Assembly (NCBI GenBank): GCA_937124615.1
Contig: CAKZKR010000109.1
Coordinates: 12,338-76,337 of the forward strand
From: an uncultured bacterium
Lineage (GTDB): Bacteria > Hydrogenedentota > Hydrogenedentia > Hydrogenedentales > Hydrogenedentaceae
DNA: 64,000 bases
Direction of reading: 5' to 3'
In this document: piece by piece, positions 27,374 to 37,550 of the stretch
Layout: each line of letters opens with the position of its first letter
Position numbering within the stretch: position 1 is the first letter of the stretch
Position numbers and translations under genes: made by a program
Notes under the pieces: generated by a model
What the model was told of the DNA's origin: nothing
Seen by the model: only the letters and a program-made list of their open reading frames with translations
Database searches by the model: none

Positions 27374-28662
27374 AAATTATTAAAAGGCGGTTAACCGATT
27401 CTGTTTTTATGTCGCTTTTTCAGCGTGTTTCTAATATTCTTCAATCTGCTGTTGCTGTTCACATTTGGGATCTGAATACGGCTCAGAATTTTTTGGTCTG
27501 GTCAAATAAGAAATTTTCCTTATGTTCTTCTGTTTTGAAAAATCAGGTAGGATTTCAAAAGTGTTTTTTAGATAGATATGGAAATGCAAAAAAAGTGATT
27601 CATCTGGACACCCCCTTGTTTTATAAGTGTCATGCAGGTTTTAGTTGTGGGATTATACATTTACTTCAGGATAAACATTTTAATCTTGTGTTAACAATAG
27701 GTCCTTTTTATATTGAAGAGTCGATTGATATTTTGCAGTTCAATGTAGTTGGGAATTTAAGAGGTATAGGTTTGTATTTATCAAAAGAGGAAGAAGAACT
27801 CTTAAAATCTCTTTCAAGGTATCCCATAGAATCTATTAGGGATATATTATTATGGACAAAAGAAAGTTTCCAATCTCTCTGGAATAATTTATTACAAAAT
27901 GAAAAAGAAGTAAAGGTTATATTTGAAAAATCAAAAAATAAAGTTGAAAAGAGACAAGGTAAAGCGGAATTAATTCTTCAATATTATGAAATATTTGATA
28001 AGGACCGAATTCGAGTATTTCTTGTTTCAGTCCGGATGAAAAATAAAAAATTAATGGAATTTATTTTAATGGGGAAAGGAGAAGAAATAAATATACAGAA
28101 AAGAAATTTGAAGGAGACAAAAGTTTCTTTATATCTATGGGTAATGAATATTATAAATTCGTTTCTTGTTGGAGATAATAAAAAAGATTTTATGATTAGT
28201 GAGGGATTAATGACAGTCAAAGAGCATTTATTTTCTGACAGTAAACCTCTGAAAAGTTTTATAAAAAGTTTGACGAGAATTGTGTTTTCATCGATTGATG
28301 AAAATTTTATAGAGAAGGAAAATAAAACGGAAAAATTTTCTATATTTTTTAACATACTTGAAAAAAAACTTATTACAGGTCCTCTATTGTTATCTGTCTC
28401 AGAAGAAATGGGATTAGAACCCTCTGCTTTAAGTCATTGGATTAAGAGAAATACGGGTATAAATTATGAAGAATTTTTAACCTATATTCAGACGGAAAAG
28501 GTAGCCGAACTTTTGAGGAATACAGATAAAAATCTTTCAGAGATAGGAGTTTGTGTTGGTATTCAATATAGTTCGCTTGTATCCGAAAAATTTAAGCGGA
28601 TAACGGGTCTTTATCCTACGGAATATAAAGCCTATTTTATGAATAGGTTGAAGAAGCATTAA
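27325..28662 (+). CDS. AraC-family transcriptional regulator with N-terminal PocR-like sensory domain
   Basis: C-terminal AraC HTH (EEMGLEPSALSHWIKRNTGINYEEFLTYIQ...YSSLVSEKFKRITGLYPTEYK). N-terminal Cys-containing region (FQKCFLDRYG...FYKCHAGF) resembles PocR. The start is possibly ATG at 27409. Confidence 0.7.
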   Translation: MDKQSDTSDTVNIFELEIIKRRLTDSVFMSLFQRVSNILQSAVAVHIWDLNTAQNFLVWSNKKFSLCSSVLKNQVGFQKCFLDRYGNAKKVIHLDTPLFYKCHAGFSCGIIHLLQDKHFNLVLTIGPFYIEESIDILQFNVVGNLRGIGLYLSKEEEELLKSLSRYPIESIRDILLWTKESFQSLWNNLLQNEKEVKVIFEKSKNKVEKRQGKAELILQYYEIFDKDRIRVFLVSVRMKNKKLMEFILMGKGEEINIQKRNLKETKVSLYLWVMNIINSFLVGDNKKDFMISEGLMTVKEHLFSDSKPLKSFIKSLTRIVFSSIDENFIEKENKTEKFSIFFNILEKKLITGPLLLSVSEEMGLEPSALSHWIKRNTGINYEEFLTYIQTEKVAELLRNTDKNLSEIGVCVGIQYSSLVSEKFKRITGLYPTEYKAYFMNRLKKH

Positions 28663-28772
28663 TAAATCATGATTAAGGTTGAATGAAACCTTTTATATCA
28701 TATATGCTGTCAAATGAGTGTCGTTATATAGATTCAAAACAAAATTAATACAAAATTGATAAGGAAAGACTT

Positions 28773-30539
28773 ATGAAAGGGAAAATTATGAGTAGATTGT
28801 TTGTAATTTTTTGTGCAGTTTTAATGTTATCGGGGATATTTGTGTTTTGTGGATGCGGTGGACCGGCAGAACAAGCACCTCCCCCCAAACCACCAGAGCC
28901 TAAGGAATTGGTGTTACCTCCGGCAGAAGGAGGGATTCCGACAACTTCATTATTAAAACTGACTCCTGAAAGTGCTCAATTAAGTATTGCCCTACCGTCA
29001 TTAGCGGATGGTTTGGATAAAATTGCCCAAACAGCGAAACGATTTTATTCTGCCGAAGAAGTAGATGAATGGCTACAAGATAAAGTGGGACAATTAGCAA
29101 GTTTTGCAGGGACTCCTGACGCAAAGAGTTTGATTGAAGTGGCGGAAGCACGGGGTTTCGATATAATGAAACCTATGGGTGCTTTTGCAGATTTTAGTCC
29201 TTCATTCGATAGCATACTTGCTTTGTTGACTCCTCCGGCCGGGGAATCACAAGAGAAAATAAAATTGGAATCGATTGACTGGGAGCAAGTAAAACAACCT
29301 AATTGGGCCGTTATGTTGGGGGTGAAGGATAAAGAAAAAGTAGAAACATCATTGAAGGAATTGGCTGTAGAAATCCCTGAAATAAATGCAACTGCACCCA
29401 AAGAAGTCATTGTTGATGGTGCAAAAGTAATAGATTATGGTGTGTATGCTTATTTTATAACGGGTGAATATGTTACGGTTGGTTCAACTTCTACTGTTAA
29501 AGGGGTAGCAAGTCGTTTTAGTTCTCCTTGTGCTATCCGATATGGAACAAGCGAGATACCTTCCGCACCTTATCCCGAAGGTGTTGTACTTGTAAAGGAT
29601 TGGAAATTGATCCCTATGATAAACAAAATAATGCCTGTACTGGTTCAGGCTTCCCCGTATGCATTGATAGGGCAATTAAAAACAACTGCTTGGGGAGAAA
29701 TGTTACCTGATGGTGAGGACCCGGCATATATCTGTTTTTCATTAAATCCAGGGGAAAAGATGGAAATTCGTACCTTTTTGGATCTAGCAAAACGGCCTCA
29801 GTCGGCGAGTATTTTAGGTGAAGCAAAGCCCATGCAATTACCAAAGATATTACCCGATAATACTCAGGCTGCATTGTTACTACAACTTACGAATGAATAT
29901 AAGACCTACTTGAATCAGAAGGCAATGCCGGAAGTGAAGAAAACTTTTGAGAATACAAAAGGTGTTGCTCAGGGATTCCAGTATGGGGTTTCTGCTATGC
30001 AGTTATTAGGTAATGAATTAGGGGTTGCTATTACATCGTCGATGGGTGATTTTCCCGCTATTGTTATTGTTACTCAAGCGTCTAATGTGGAACAAGTAAA
30101 AGCATTATTAGATATGTTAGTCCCCTCTATGTCGGATGAAAGTTACAGGGAAATTCCATTAAAGAAACTTGCTGTTCCATCGCCGATACCTATTACCTTA
30201 GTGATGGTAGAGGATAAACTCATAGCTAGTAATAATACAGATGTGTTAAAAATGATGATAGACTGGATTCTTGATAAGCAAACATCAGGTTATATGGCTG
30301 GTTTAAAACCTCCATTAGGCTCGGAAATTCCGAGGTATAATTTTATTTCAATCCAGAGCAAATTGTTATTGGACACGATATTCCCTCTGATGAAAATCAT
30401 GGGGCAGGATTTGGGGGGTGCTCAAAGAGATGTTGAAAAAGTTTTGTCCGAAATTCAGGAAGTACGGATTATGAATGAAAAGAAAGGAAATTTGTTAGAG
30501 GGACAAATTACTACCTATTTTGTTCCAAAGTCAAGTTAG
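28773..30539 (+). CDS. Hypothetical lipoprotein (588 aa)
   Basis: Signal peptide with lipobox (LSGIFVFCGCG), followed by a Pro-rich linker. Confidence 0.5.
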   Translation: MKGKIMSRLFVIFCAVLMLSGIFVFCGCGGPAEQAPPPKPPEPKELVLPPAEGGIPTTSLLKLTPESAQLSIALPSLADGLDKIAQTAKRFYSAEEVDEWLQDKVGQLASFAGTPDAKSLIEVAEARGFDIMKPMGAFADFSPSFDSILALLTPPAGESQEKIKLESIDWEQVKQPNWAVMLGVKDKEKVETSLKELAVEIPEINATAPKEVIVDGAKVIDYGVYAYFITGEYVTVGSTSTVKGVASRFSSPCAIRYGTSEIPSAPYPEGVVLVKDWKLIPMINKIMPVLVQASPYALIGQLKTTAWGEMLPDGEDPAYICFSLNPGEKMEIRTFLDLAKRPQSASILGEAKPMQLPKILPDNTQAALLLQLTNEYKTYLNQKAMPEVKKTFENTKGVAQGFQYGVSAMQLLGNELGVAITSSMGDFPAIVIVTQASNVEQVKALLDMLVPSMSDESYREIPLKKLAVPSPIPITLVMVEDKLIASNNTDVLKMMIDWILDKQTSGYMAGLKPPLGSEIPRYNFISIQSKLLLDTIFPLMKIMGQDLGGAQRDVEKVLSEIQEVRIMNEKKGNLLEGQITTYFVPKSS

Positions 30540-30565
30540 CGAAAGTTGTAATATAAATAAAAAAG

Positions 30566-30597
30566 CCGTAATAGAGAAATCTATTACGGCTTTTTTA
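30566..30597. terminator. Bidirectional rho-independent terminator between the lipoprotein gene (+) and truA (-)
   Basis: GCCGTAATAG-agaaat-CTATTACGGC is a perfect 10-bp stem. It is flanked by A6 upstream and T6 downstream. Confidence 0.85.
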
Positions 30598-30652
30598 TAA
30601 ACATAGAATCTGTGTTTATAATTTAATTATATAGATTTTTATGTTTATTTCC

Positions 30653-31420
30653 TTAATACTTTATTTCAACAAGAACAAGTCCATGGGGAGGTGCACACAA
30701 ACCTTCAAACTTTTTATTTTCATAAAGACATTTTAACAAGAATTCTTTTGTAAATCTGCCTCTGGCGATTTCCATCAATGTTCCTGTTATATTCCGTACC
30801 ATGTGATATAGAAAACCGTTACCAATAAATTCAATATGCCAGAGATTGGCTGAATTAATAGTAGTTATAACCCCTCCCTTTTTTAATTTTACTGAATAGA
30901 GTGTTCGAACCGTTGTATTCATTTGACTTCCGGAACTCTGAAACCCTGAAAAATCGTGTGTACCGATTAACTCATGGAGTAGTTCTTGTAAAAGGTCCAG
31001 ATTTACTTTATAGGGAACATGCCAGGAATATTTGATAGAAAAAGGGTTGGGTTCTCTGGACAAATCAAATGTGTAACAATATTTTTTCCACTTCACATCT
31101 CTGCAAACATCAAATTCCAGAGGAACCTCATTTATTTCCAATACTTTAGCATTGGGAGAAAGTATTTGGGAAACAGCATGGCGAAGCCTCTCTGGAGGCC
31201 TTCCTTCATAATAAAATGTAAAGGTTTGCCCCAATGCGTGGACACCTGCATCTGTTCGAGAAGCACCTTGAACATGTATATCTTTTCTTGTAATCAGGGA
31301 GAGTGTTTTTTCCAGTTCTCCTTGAACAGTATTTTTATCGGGTTGATATTGCCAGCCATGAAAAGCCATGCCATCATAACAGATAATACCTTTGTATTGT
31401 TTTTTTATGAATTTTTCCAT
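30653..31420 (-). CDS. truA: tRNA pseudouridine(38-40) synthase TruA
   Basis: ICYDGMAFHGWQYQP...RTDAGVHALGQ carries the catalytic Asp motif of TruA. Confidence 0.9.
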   Translation of the reverse strand: MEKFIKKQYKGIICYDGMAFHGWQYQPDKNTVQGELEKTLSLITRKDIHVQGASRTDAGVHALGQTFTFYYEGRPPERLRHAVSQILSPNAKVLEINEVPLEFDVCRDVKWKKYCYTFDLSREPNPFSIKYSWHVPYKVNLDLLQELLHELIGTHDFSGFQSSGSQMNTTVRTLYSVKLKKGGVITTINSANLWHIEFIGNGFLYHMVRNITGTLMEIARGRFTKEFLLKCLYENKKFEGLCAPPHGLVLVEIKY

Positions 31421-31444
31421 AAGGGGGCTATGTAATTCGTTTTT

Positions 31445-33709
31445 TTATTTAGATAGTTGAGGAATCCAATCATTCAATAGGTATTCACAATTTAGTGATT
31501 TTAGGGCTAAATCAAGAGGAACAAAGAAATAATGATTTGTTGCTTCAAAACCAATTCGGCTATCAGTTATCTGAATATAATATTCTTTTGTTGCCAATTC
31601 TTTTTCTCTCTTTATTAGTTTTGTTAAATTTTCAATAATTTGTTGTTTCCTCTCGTTTGAGATATTATTGTTTAGAAGTTCATTGCGGAGGATAACAAAG
31701 CGAATTTGATTAGCAACACTCTCAAAATGAAGCGAACAAACTTCTATAACACGACATTCTTGTTCGAAATTTTTCTTATACATTGATTTATCGAACTCTA
31801 TGTTTTCAGTCTCTTTCTTTATAGTGGAGAGCGATTCTGTAAATCCATGCGATACTTTTTCCATCTGATTAGCAAAAATTTCAAGAGGGAATACTCCACA
31901 CCAATTTTTTGCATCATCATAGGGAAATCCTGTCATTGTTGCGTTGTAGCCTGTGGGGGTTGTCCATAGAGGATTTGAAGGTCCTACATGTACAGGACTT
32001 TGATAAACAGCAAGGATATGAAAAGGATATTCCTTAAAAGCCTTTGTAATTTGTTTCCATGCAGTAACCATTATAGGTGCTACTGCTTTTCCAAAACGTT
32101 TTTCGGCTACTTGTACTAATGCAGTATGTATATCATATTCTGGATTGTCCATTATTAAATTAAATACCTGTATATTTGGGGAAGGATAGCCCCCTAATGT
32201 CCAGCCCAGCATACAACCGTCTAAATGTTTTTCTCGTAGGTTTACAGCATGGGTAGCCACATTTCCAAGAACGGGGATATATGGAACGGAACCCAATTCC
32301 CATGTGGTCCCAATTTGCAATTTTGCGAAGACAGGATGGCCGTATTTTTTGGCGATTTTCCAATGTCGTGAGGCACGAGGTCCCGGTCCGGGCTCTGTTA
32401 AACTATATTCCCCTATAACTGAATTTATACCTCCTCTAACAATAGGAATATCCCACTCGCTGACGCTCATGAACGCCATTTGAGTAGGAGTGTTAACAGC
32501 AATTTTTTCTACCCAATCGCTCCTCCATCCCCAATCCCATGCGATTAATTTACATGAGGAGTTTGCAGATTCAATTCCCGAATAAATGAGTCGGTGTAAT
32601 TCTGCGATGACATCTTCTGCATGTCGTTCTTTACATCGGGGACATTGTTCTCCATGAAAGTGGGACCAACAATTGGTAAGATTTTCGGAAGCGCTGATGG
32701 TAAAGAAGCCACCTATTTCGGGGACTTTTTCACAAATTGTTCGAACTGAATTCTTTATATAGTTTTGGACATCAGGGTGAGATGTGCAAAGGGCAGAAAA
32801 TTCCCCTTCTGTTACCCCTTTCAAATCAGGGAATTTATCATAAAATGAGTTCGGCATAGCTCGAGGTTCATTTAAATACAAATATACTTTTATTCCTTCT
32901 TTTTGTAGGTCTTCAGAAAATCTCTTTAAGTTTTCTAATCTTTTCTCCCAACCTTTACTGATTTCGGGGTCCCATGGAAAAGGAGTTAAAAGATATAGAA
33001 CAGATTGAAGCCATATTCCATTGACACCGTTTGCTCGTAATTTTTGTATATAACCTTTGGGATAGGATTCTTCAAGGTTTAAAAATGGGTCTCCATATTT
33101 TAAGAAGTAAGAAGAACAGTAACGGGGAATCTCTTTGGTAGGGCTTTCCTCTATTTTTGTGTTGTTGAAATCTGATAACTCTTTTATAAAATGATAAGGT
33201 GGTTCTCCCCAACATTTTATTCCGTCTGGAAAAAGAATCTTTACTAAATTCCCGATTTGTAATTCGTATTCAATCGTTTTTTCATCAGGTTCCTGGTAAG
33301 TTAATGGGGAGCATCTGGGTTTGAAATTCCCCAATTTAATGAAAAGGAAATCGTCTTCTCGTAATGTATAAGCTAATTGGTGTGTGTCCCATTTTAGTAA
33401 TTTTATGATTTGTTCATAGGGGAGTAGGTGCCAATTTCTTCGTATGATAGTGCAATGTAGCCGTTCTATTTCGTTTTCAGTAATGGGATAAGGATCTGGT
33501 AATCCCATTCGTTTACCTATTTTTAGTATGTCCTCTTCTTTAGCTCCAATTGTTTCTGCTATTCGTGAAATAGGAAGAACTGACCAGTTTAACCAGATAT
33601 ATGCATGAAGACGGTCTTTAAAAAAAGCAGAAGGAACAGGTTCTTTATCTATTGGGGCTGGTAGTTCCCATGAATTTAAAATAAACAATATTAGAGATAG
33701 ATAAATCAT
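31445..33709 (-). CDS. Large secreted hypothetical protein (754 aa), glycoside-hydrolase-like candidate
   Basis: Signal peptide; no motif I can name. Lies adjacent to the GT2 gene. Confidence 0.35.
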   Translation of the reverse strand: MIYLSLILFILNSWELPAPIDKEPVPSAFFKDRLHAYIWLNWSVLPISRIAETIGAKEEDILKIGKRMGLPDPYPITENEIERLHCTIIRRNWHLLPYEQIIKLLKWDTHQLAYTLREDDFLFIKLGNFKPRCSPLTYQEPDEKTIEYELQIGNLVKILFPDGIKCWGEPPYHFIKELSDFNNTKIEESPTKEIPRYCSSYFLKYGDPFLNLEESYPKGYIQKLRANGVNGIWLQSVLYLLTPFPWDPEISKGWEKRLENLKRFSEDLQKEGIKVYLYLNEPRAMPNSFYDKFPDLKGVTEGEFSALCTSHPDVQNYIKNSVRTICEKVPEIGGFFTISASENLTNCWSHFHGEQCPRCKERHAEDVIAELHRLIYSGIESANSSCKLIAWDWGWRSDWVEKIAVNTPTQMAFMSVSEWDIPIVRGGINSVIGEYSLTEPGPGPRASRHWKIAKKYGHPVFAKLQIGTTWELGSVPYIPVLGNVATHAVNLREKHLDGCMLGWTLGGYPSPNIQVFNLIMDNPEYDIHTALVQVAEKRFGKAVAPIMVTAWKQITKAFKEYPFHILAVYQSPVHVGPSNPLWTTPTGYNATMTGFPYDDAKNWCGVFPLEIFANQMEKVSHGFTESLSTIKKETENIEFDKSMYKKNFEQECRVIEVCSLHFESVANQIRFVILRNELLNNNISNERKQQIIENLTKLIKREKELATKEYYIQITDSRIGFEATNHYFFVPLDLALKSLNCEYLLNDWIPQLSK

Positions 33710-33745
33710 ATTGATGTTCCTTTTAGTAAAGTATCTATTGAACAG

Positions 33746-34708
33746 TTAACTTTTTGGATTAGGAGGATGTTTATTTCCATTTTTGGTGGATACAATGCAT
33801 TCAATTAGAGATTTATCTTGTTTGAAAGCGAATTCTCTTCGGAGTATTTCAGCAATTAACCCTGTCCCAATGGTTAGAAAACCGATACCTGCAATAACGG
33901 AACCTACTGTTCCCAAAAATATATAGCGTAACTGTTCTCCATCAAAATAGAAGCCTAAGAAACTGCTGGATAGACATAGAAATCCTAATCCTATAGCCAT
34001 TAATCCACGTTTTGTAAAAAAATGGGATGGGGATTGGCTATGTCTTGATAGGAACCAGACTGTATAAACATCTACAGCACCGAAGAAAAATCGACTGATA
34101 CCAAATTTTGATTTTCCATACTTTCTTGGGTGATGTTCAACGGGGATTTCCGTTACCTTAAATCCTATCTCTGATGCGATTATGGCAATCAATCGGTGCA
34201 TTTCTCCGTATAATGGGATATTTTGAATAACTTCTTTGCGAAAGGTTTTGAAACCTGTGTTTACATCATGTAGGTTTATCCGAAAAATTTTTCTAATTAT
34301 TGCATTGTATATCTTAGAGGGAATTGTCTTGTGCCATGGGTCAAGTCGATGTCTTTTCCAACCACATACAACATCAAAACCTTCATATATTTTTTCAATC
34401 ATTCGAGGTATTTCTTTTGGGTCATCTTGCATATCTGCGTCCATCATAATAACGATATCCCCATCTGATTCATTAAAACCAGCAGATAATGCCCGACTCT
34501 TCCCAAAGTTTCTACGAAATTTTATAATTTTAACCTGATGATGTTGTGATTGTGCTTTTAACATTGATTGAAAAGTTAAATCTGAACTCCCGTCATCAAT
34601 AAGAATAATCTGGGTATCATAGGAAACGGTATGTTTTAGGATACTTTCCACTAGGGGTTCTATTGTCATTTCTTCATTATATGCAGGAATTACGATGGAT
34701 ATTTTCAT
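33746..34708 (-). CDS. GT2-family glycosyltransferase, polyprenyl-phosphate sugar synthase type (GtrB/DPM1-like) with C-terminal TM helices
   Basis: ISIVIPAYNEE...DDGSSD...DADMQDD (DxD) and two C-terminal TM segments. Confidence 0.85.
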   Translation of the reverse strand: MKISIVIPAYNEEMTIEPLVESILKHTVSYDTQIILIDDGSSDLTFQSMLKAQSQHHQVKIIKFRRNFGKSRALSAGFNESDGDIVIMMDADMQDDPKEIPRMIEKIYEGFDVVCGWKRHRLDPWHKTIPSKIYNAIIRKIFRINLHDVNTGFKTFRKEVIQNIPLYGEMHRLIAIIASEIGFKVTEIPVEHHPRKYGKSKFGISRFFFGAVDVYTVWFLSRHSQSPSHFFTKRGLMAIGLGFLCLSSSFLGFYFDGEQLRYIFLGTVGSVIAGIGFLTIGTGLIAEILRREFAFKQDKSLIECIVSTKNGNKHPPNPKS

Positions 34709-34860
34709 TTCGCCTTTAAACCTTGAATTGGAGGGCTATTATATCGTGAGTCGTTTTTATTGTATAATTCATACTATAAACTCGATAATAAAATTTTATT
34801 CATAGTATAATCAAGTAACTCAATATTAAATAGAATATATCATAATTAAGGAGTGAAAAT

Positions 34861-35748
34861 ATGAAAAGAAGAAATTTCTTTGTTACCTGTGCAAGTGCTA
34901 TTTTAGGTGGGGCTTTTATTGCGAATAAAAAAGGATATGGAGCAATTCCTGATGATAAACCTTTTTCTAAAGTTAAGTTGAGGATGTCGGCGCCGTTGGA
35001 TTGGTTCCCCGGGAAGAAACCTGAGGATAAGCTGGAAGCAGTAGCAGGTTGGGGATTGAGCGGGTATGAATGGTTGCATCCCAAAGGGGATTTTAAGTCT
35101 ATTCGGAATAAAGCGGATGCATTAGGTCTTGAACCAAGCTGTATTGTAGGTGTGGGAGCAATTGCCCCGAGACAAATGGTAGATGAGACAGACCATGATA
35201 GGCTTGAGAAGCAGTTTCGGGAAAAGATTGAAGTAGCAAAACAATTGAATTGTAAACGATTAATTGGTCTTACGGGAAATGAACGCACAGATGTTTCTCG
35301 AGATGTGCAAAAAGAGAATGTAATTAAATGTTTGAAAAGGTTGGCTCCAATTGCACAGGATAACGAGGTTTTTATTGTGGTAGAGGCTCTGAACCCTCTG
35401 GTTGACCATCGTGGATATTTCTTGTGTAGGACTGATGATACAATGGAAATTTTGAAAGAAGTCAATAGCCCGAATGTTCTGATGTTGTTTGATATATACC
35501 ATCAGCAGATTACAGAGGGTAATGTTATTCGGAATTTGACTGAGAATATAGGTAGAATTGGACATTTTCATGTAGCGGATAATCCGGGAAGAAAAGAGCC
35601 TGGAACAGGTGAATTAAATTATCGAAATATATTCAAAGCCATTGCTCAGACAGATTATAAAGGTTTTGTTTCACTTGAATGTGGGCATTCGACAGGCAAT
35701 TATGAGGATACCTTAAAGGCGACTTTAACTTATCTTGAAGGTATTTAA
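34861..35748 (+). CDS. Sugar phosphate isomerase/epimerase (xylose-isomerase-like TIM barrel) with Tat-type signal
   Basis: MKRRNFFVTCASAILGG is a twin-arginine motif. The pattern is AP-endonuclease-2/xylose-isomerase-like. Confidence 0.7.
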   Translation: MKRRNFFVTCASAILGGAFIANKKGYGAIPDDKPFSKVKLRMSAPLDWFPGKKPEDKLEAVAGWGLSGYEWLHPKGDFKSIRNKADALGLEPSCIVGVGAIAPRQMVDETDHDRLEKQFREKIEVAKQLNCKRLIGLTGNERTDVSRDVQKENVIKCLKRLAPIAQDNEVFIVVEALNPLVDHRGYFLCRTDDTMEILKEVNSPNVLMLFDIYHQQITEGNVIRNLTENIGRIGHFHVADNPGRKEPGTGELNYRNIFKAIAQTDYKGFVSLECGHSTGNYEDTLKATLTYLEGI

Positions 35749-35826
35749 TATTATCTTTTTGATTTAATGTAGTTTTTTATCAGCAAAAGAAGAAGAGTTT
35801 CTATTCATTTTATATGTAAAGTTCCT

Positions 35827-37548
35827 TTGAGTAGGAGTGTTTTTAAAGTGTTAGACATAGTAAAAAAAATAAAAAGTGTGCTCGTAAATAATTTTGAAGG
35901 AATAAACGAAAAAGATATTCTTATATCATCTCCCCCTGATATAAAGTTGGGTGATATTGCTATTCCTCTTTTTTCATTATCTAAAAAACTAAATTTTCCA
36001 TTACCAGATTTGGCTGAAAAATGTATCCCCTGTGTTAAAATAGAACCTTTTGTTGAAAAAGTTGAACGAGTAGGAGGATATTTGAACCTCTATCTAAATA
36101 GGGAAATAGTTGCAAGGGAAATTATCCAACAGGTTTTATTGCAGAATGTTCAATTTGGTTCTTCATTTTCGGGAAAAGGGAAAAAGGCTCTAATTGAGCA
36201 TACAAGTATTAATCCTAATGCAAGTCCACATGTGGGGCGGGCGCGAAATGCAATGATTGGAGATAGTCTATCCCGACTTTTCCGGTTTGAAGGCTATGAT
36301 ACAGAAGTCCATTACTATGTAAATGATATGGGACGACAAATAGGTTTATTGGTTCTTATTTCTGGTGAGATAGAGAACTTAGATTTTAATGGAATTCTGG
36401 AGGCCTATGTCCGAGCAAATCAACGAGCTGAAAATGACCCAGAATTTGCGAAATATGGGTATGACCTATTAGCAAAAATGGAACAAGGGGATGAAGAAGT
36501 TCGAAAGAAGTTTTTCAAAGTAACGGAGATGTGTTTAAAGGGACAATTGCAGGTCTTAAAACGATTGGGTGTGGAGTATGATTTTTTTGATAGGGAATCA
36601 GATTATATCGAGTCAGAGGAGTTAAACAAAGTTTTGGAAGTGTTAAAAGCAAAAGGTGCTTTGTTTATAGATGAGGAACAACGATTAACCGTAGATTTAT
36701 CACGGTTAGGATATACACAGGAAGAGGGGCGTTATTTTGTTTTGCGTCGAGCAAATGGGAGTTCAATGTATGGCTATCGAGATTTAGCATATACAATTTA
36801 TAAAGGACATCGAGGTGCGGATGAAGATATAATCATTTTAGGGGAAGACCATAAACTCTATCTCCAACAAATTTCCCTGATTTTGTCCAGTGCAGGTTAT
36901 AAACCACCGGTTCCTGTATTTTATTCTTATATTTTGTTGAAAGAAGGGAAAATGTCAACGCGACAGGGAAATGTAGTATTACTATCGGATTTCTTAGATA
37001 CTGCTTCTGTGTTGGCTTTAAAGAGGGTTCAAGAACAGTGTAAAGAACTCTCAAAGGAGGAACAAAATTTAATTGCGGAACAGGTGGCTGTTTCTGCAAT
37101 TCGTTTTGCTGTACTCCGAGTAACTCCTACCAAGAATGTCATTTTCGATATAGAAAGTGCGTTATCTTTTGAAGGAGACACCGGTCCCTACTTACAATAC
37201 AGTTGTGCACGAATTAAATCTATCTTGCGGAAATATGGGAAAGAAGTCCATGATGATATACCAGAACCATTCCCAGTTCAACAAAATGAGGAGTGGATGT
37301 TAGTTCGTAAGATTTCGGAATTTCCTTTTACGGTATTGAATAGTATTGAGCAATGCAATCCATCTATTATTGCTGGTTTTGCTCTGGATTTAGCCCATAT
37401 TTTTACTTCATTTTATCATACATGTCCTGTATTGCATGTGGATGAGGAAGAAATAAAAATAGCGAGATTGCAGTTGTGTAAGGCTACATTACAAACAATG
37501 CAGAATGCGCTTTATTTATTGGGCATATCTGTACCCGAGCGAATGTAG
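35827..37548 (+). CDS. argS: Arginine--tRNA ligase
   Basis: Class I aaRS with HTSINPNASPHVGRARNAMIGD (HIGH region). 573 aa, with the ArgS add-1 and anticodon-binding regions. Confidence 0.9.
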   Translation: MSRSVFKVLDIVKKIKSVLVNNFEGINEKDILISSPPDIKLGDIAIPLFSLSKKLNFPLPDLAEKCIPCVKIEPFVEKVERVGGYLNLYLNREIVAREIIQQVLLQNVQFGSSFSGKGKKALIEHTSINPNASPHVGRARNAMIGDSLSRLFRFEGYDTEVHYYVNDMGRQIGLLVLISGEIENLDFNGILEAYVRANQRAENDPEFAKYGYDLLAKMEQGDEEVRKKFFKVTEMCLKGQLQVLKRLGVEYDFFDRESDYIESEELNKVLEVLKAKGALFIDEEQRLTVDLSRLGYTQEEGRYFVLRRANGSSMYGYRDLAYTIYKGHRGADEDIIILGEDHKLYLQQISLILSSAGYKPPVPVFYSYILLKEGKMSTRQGNVVLLSDFLDTASVLALKRVQEQCKELSKEEQNLIAEQVAVSAIRFAVLRVTPTKNVIFDIESALSFEGDTGPYLQYSCARIKSILRKYGKEVHDDIPEPFPVQQNEEWMLVRKISEFPFTVLNSIEQCNPSIIAGFALDLAHIFTSFYHTCPVLHVDEEEIKIARLQLCKATLQTMQNALYLLGISVPERM

Positions 37549-37550
37549 TG

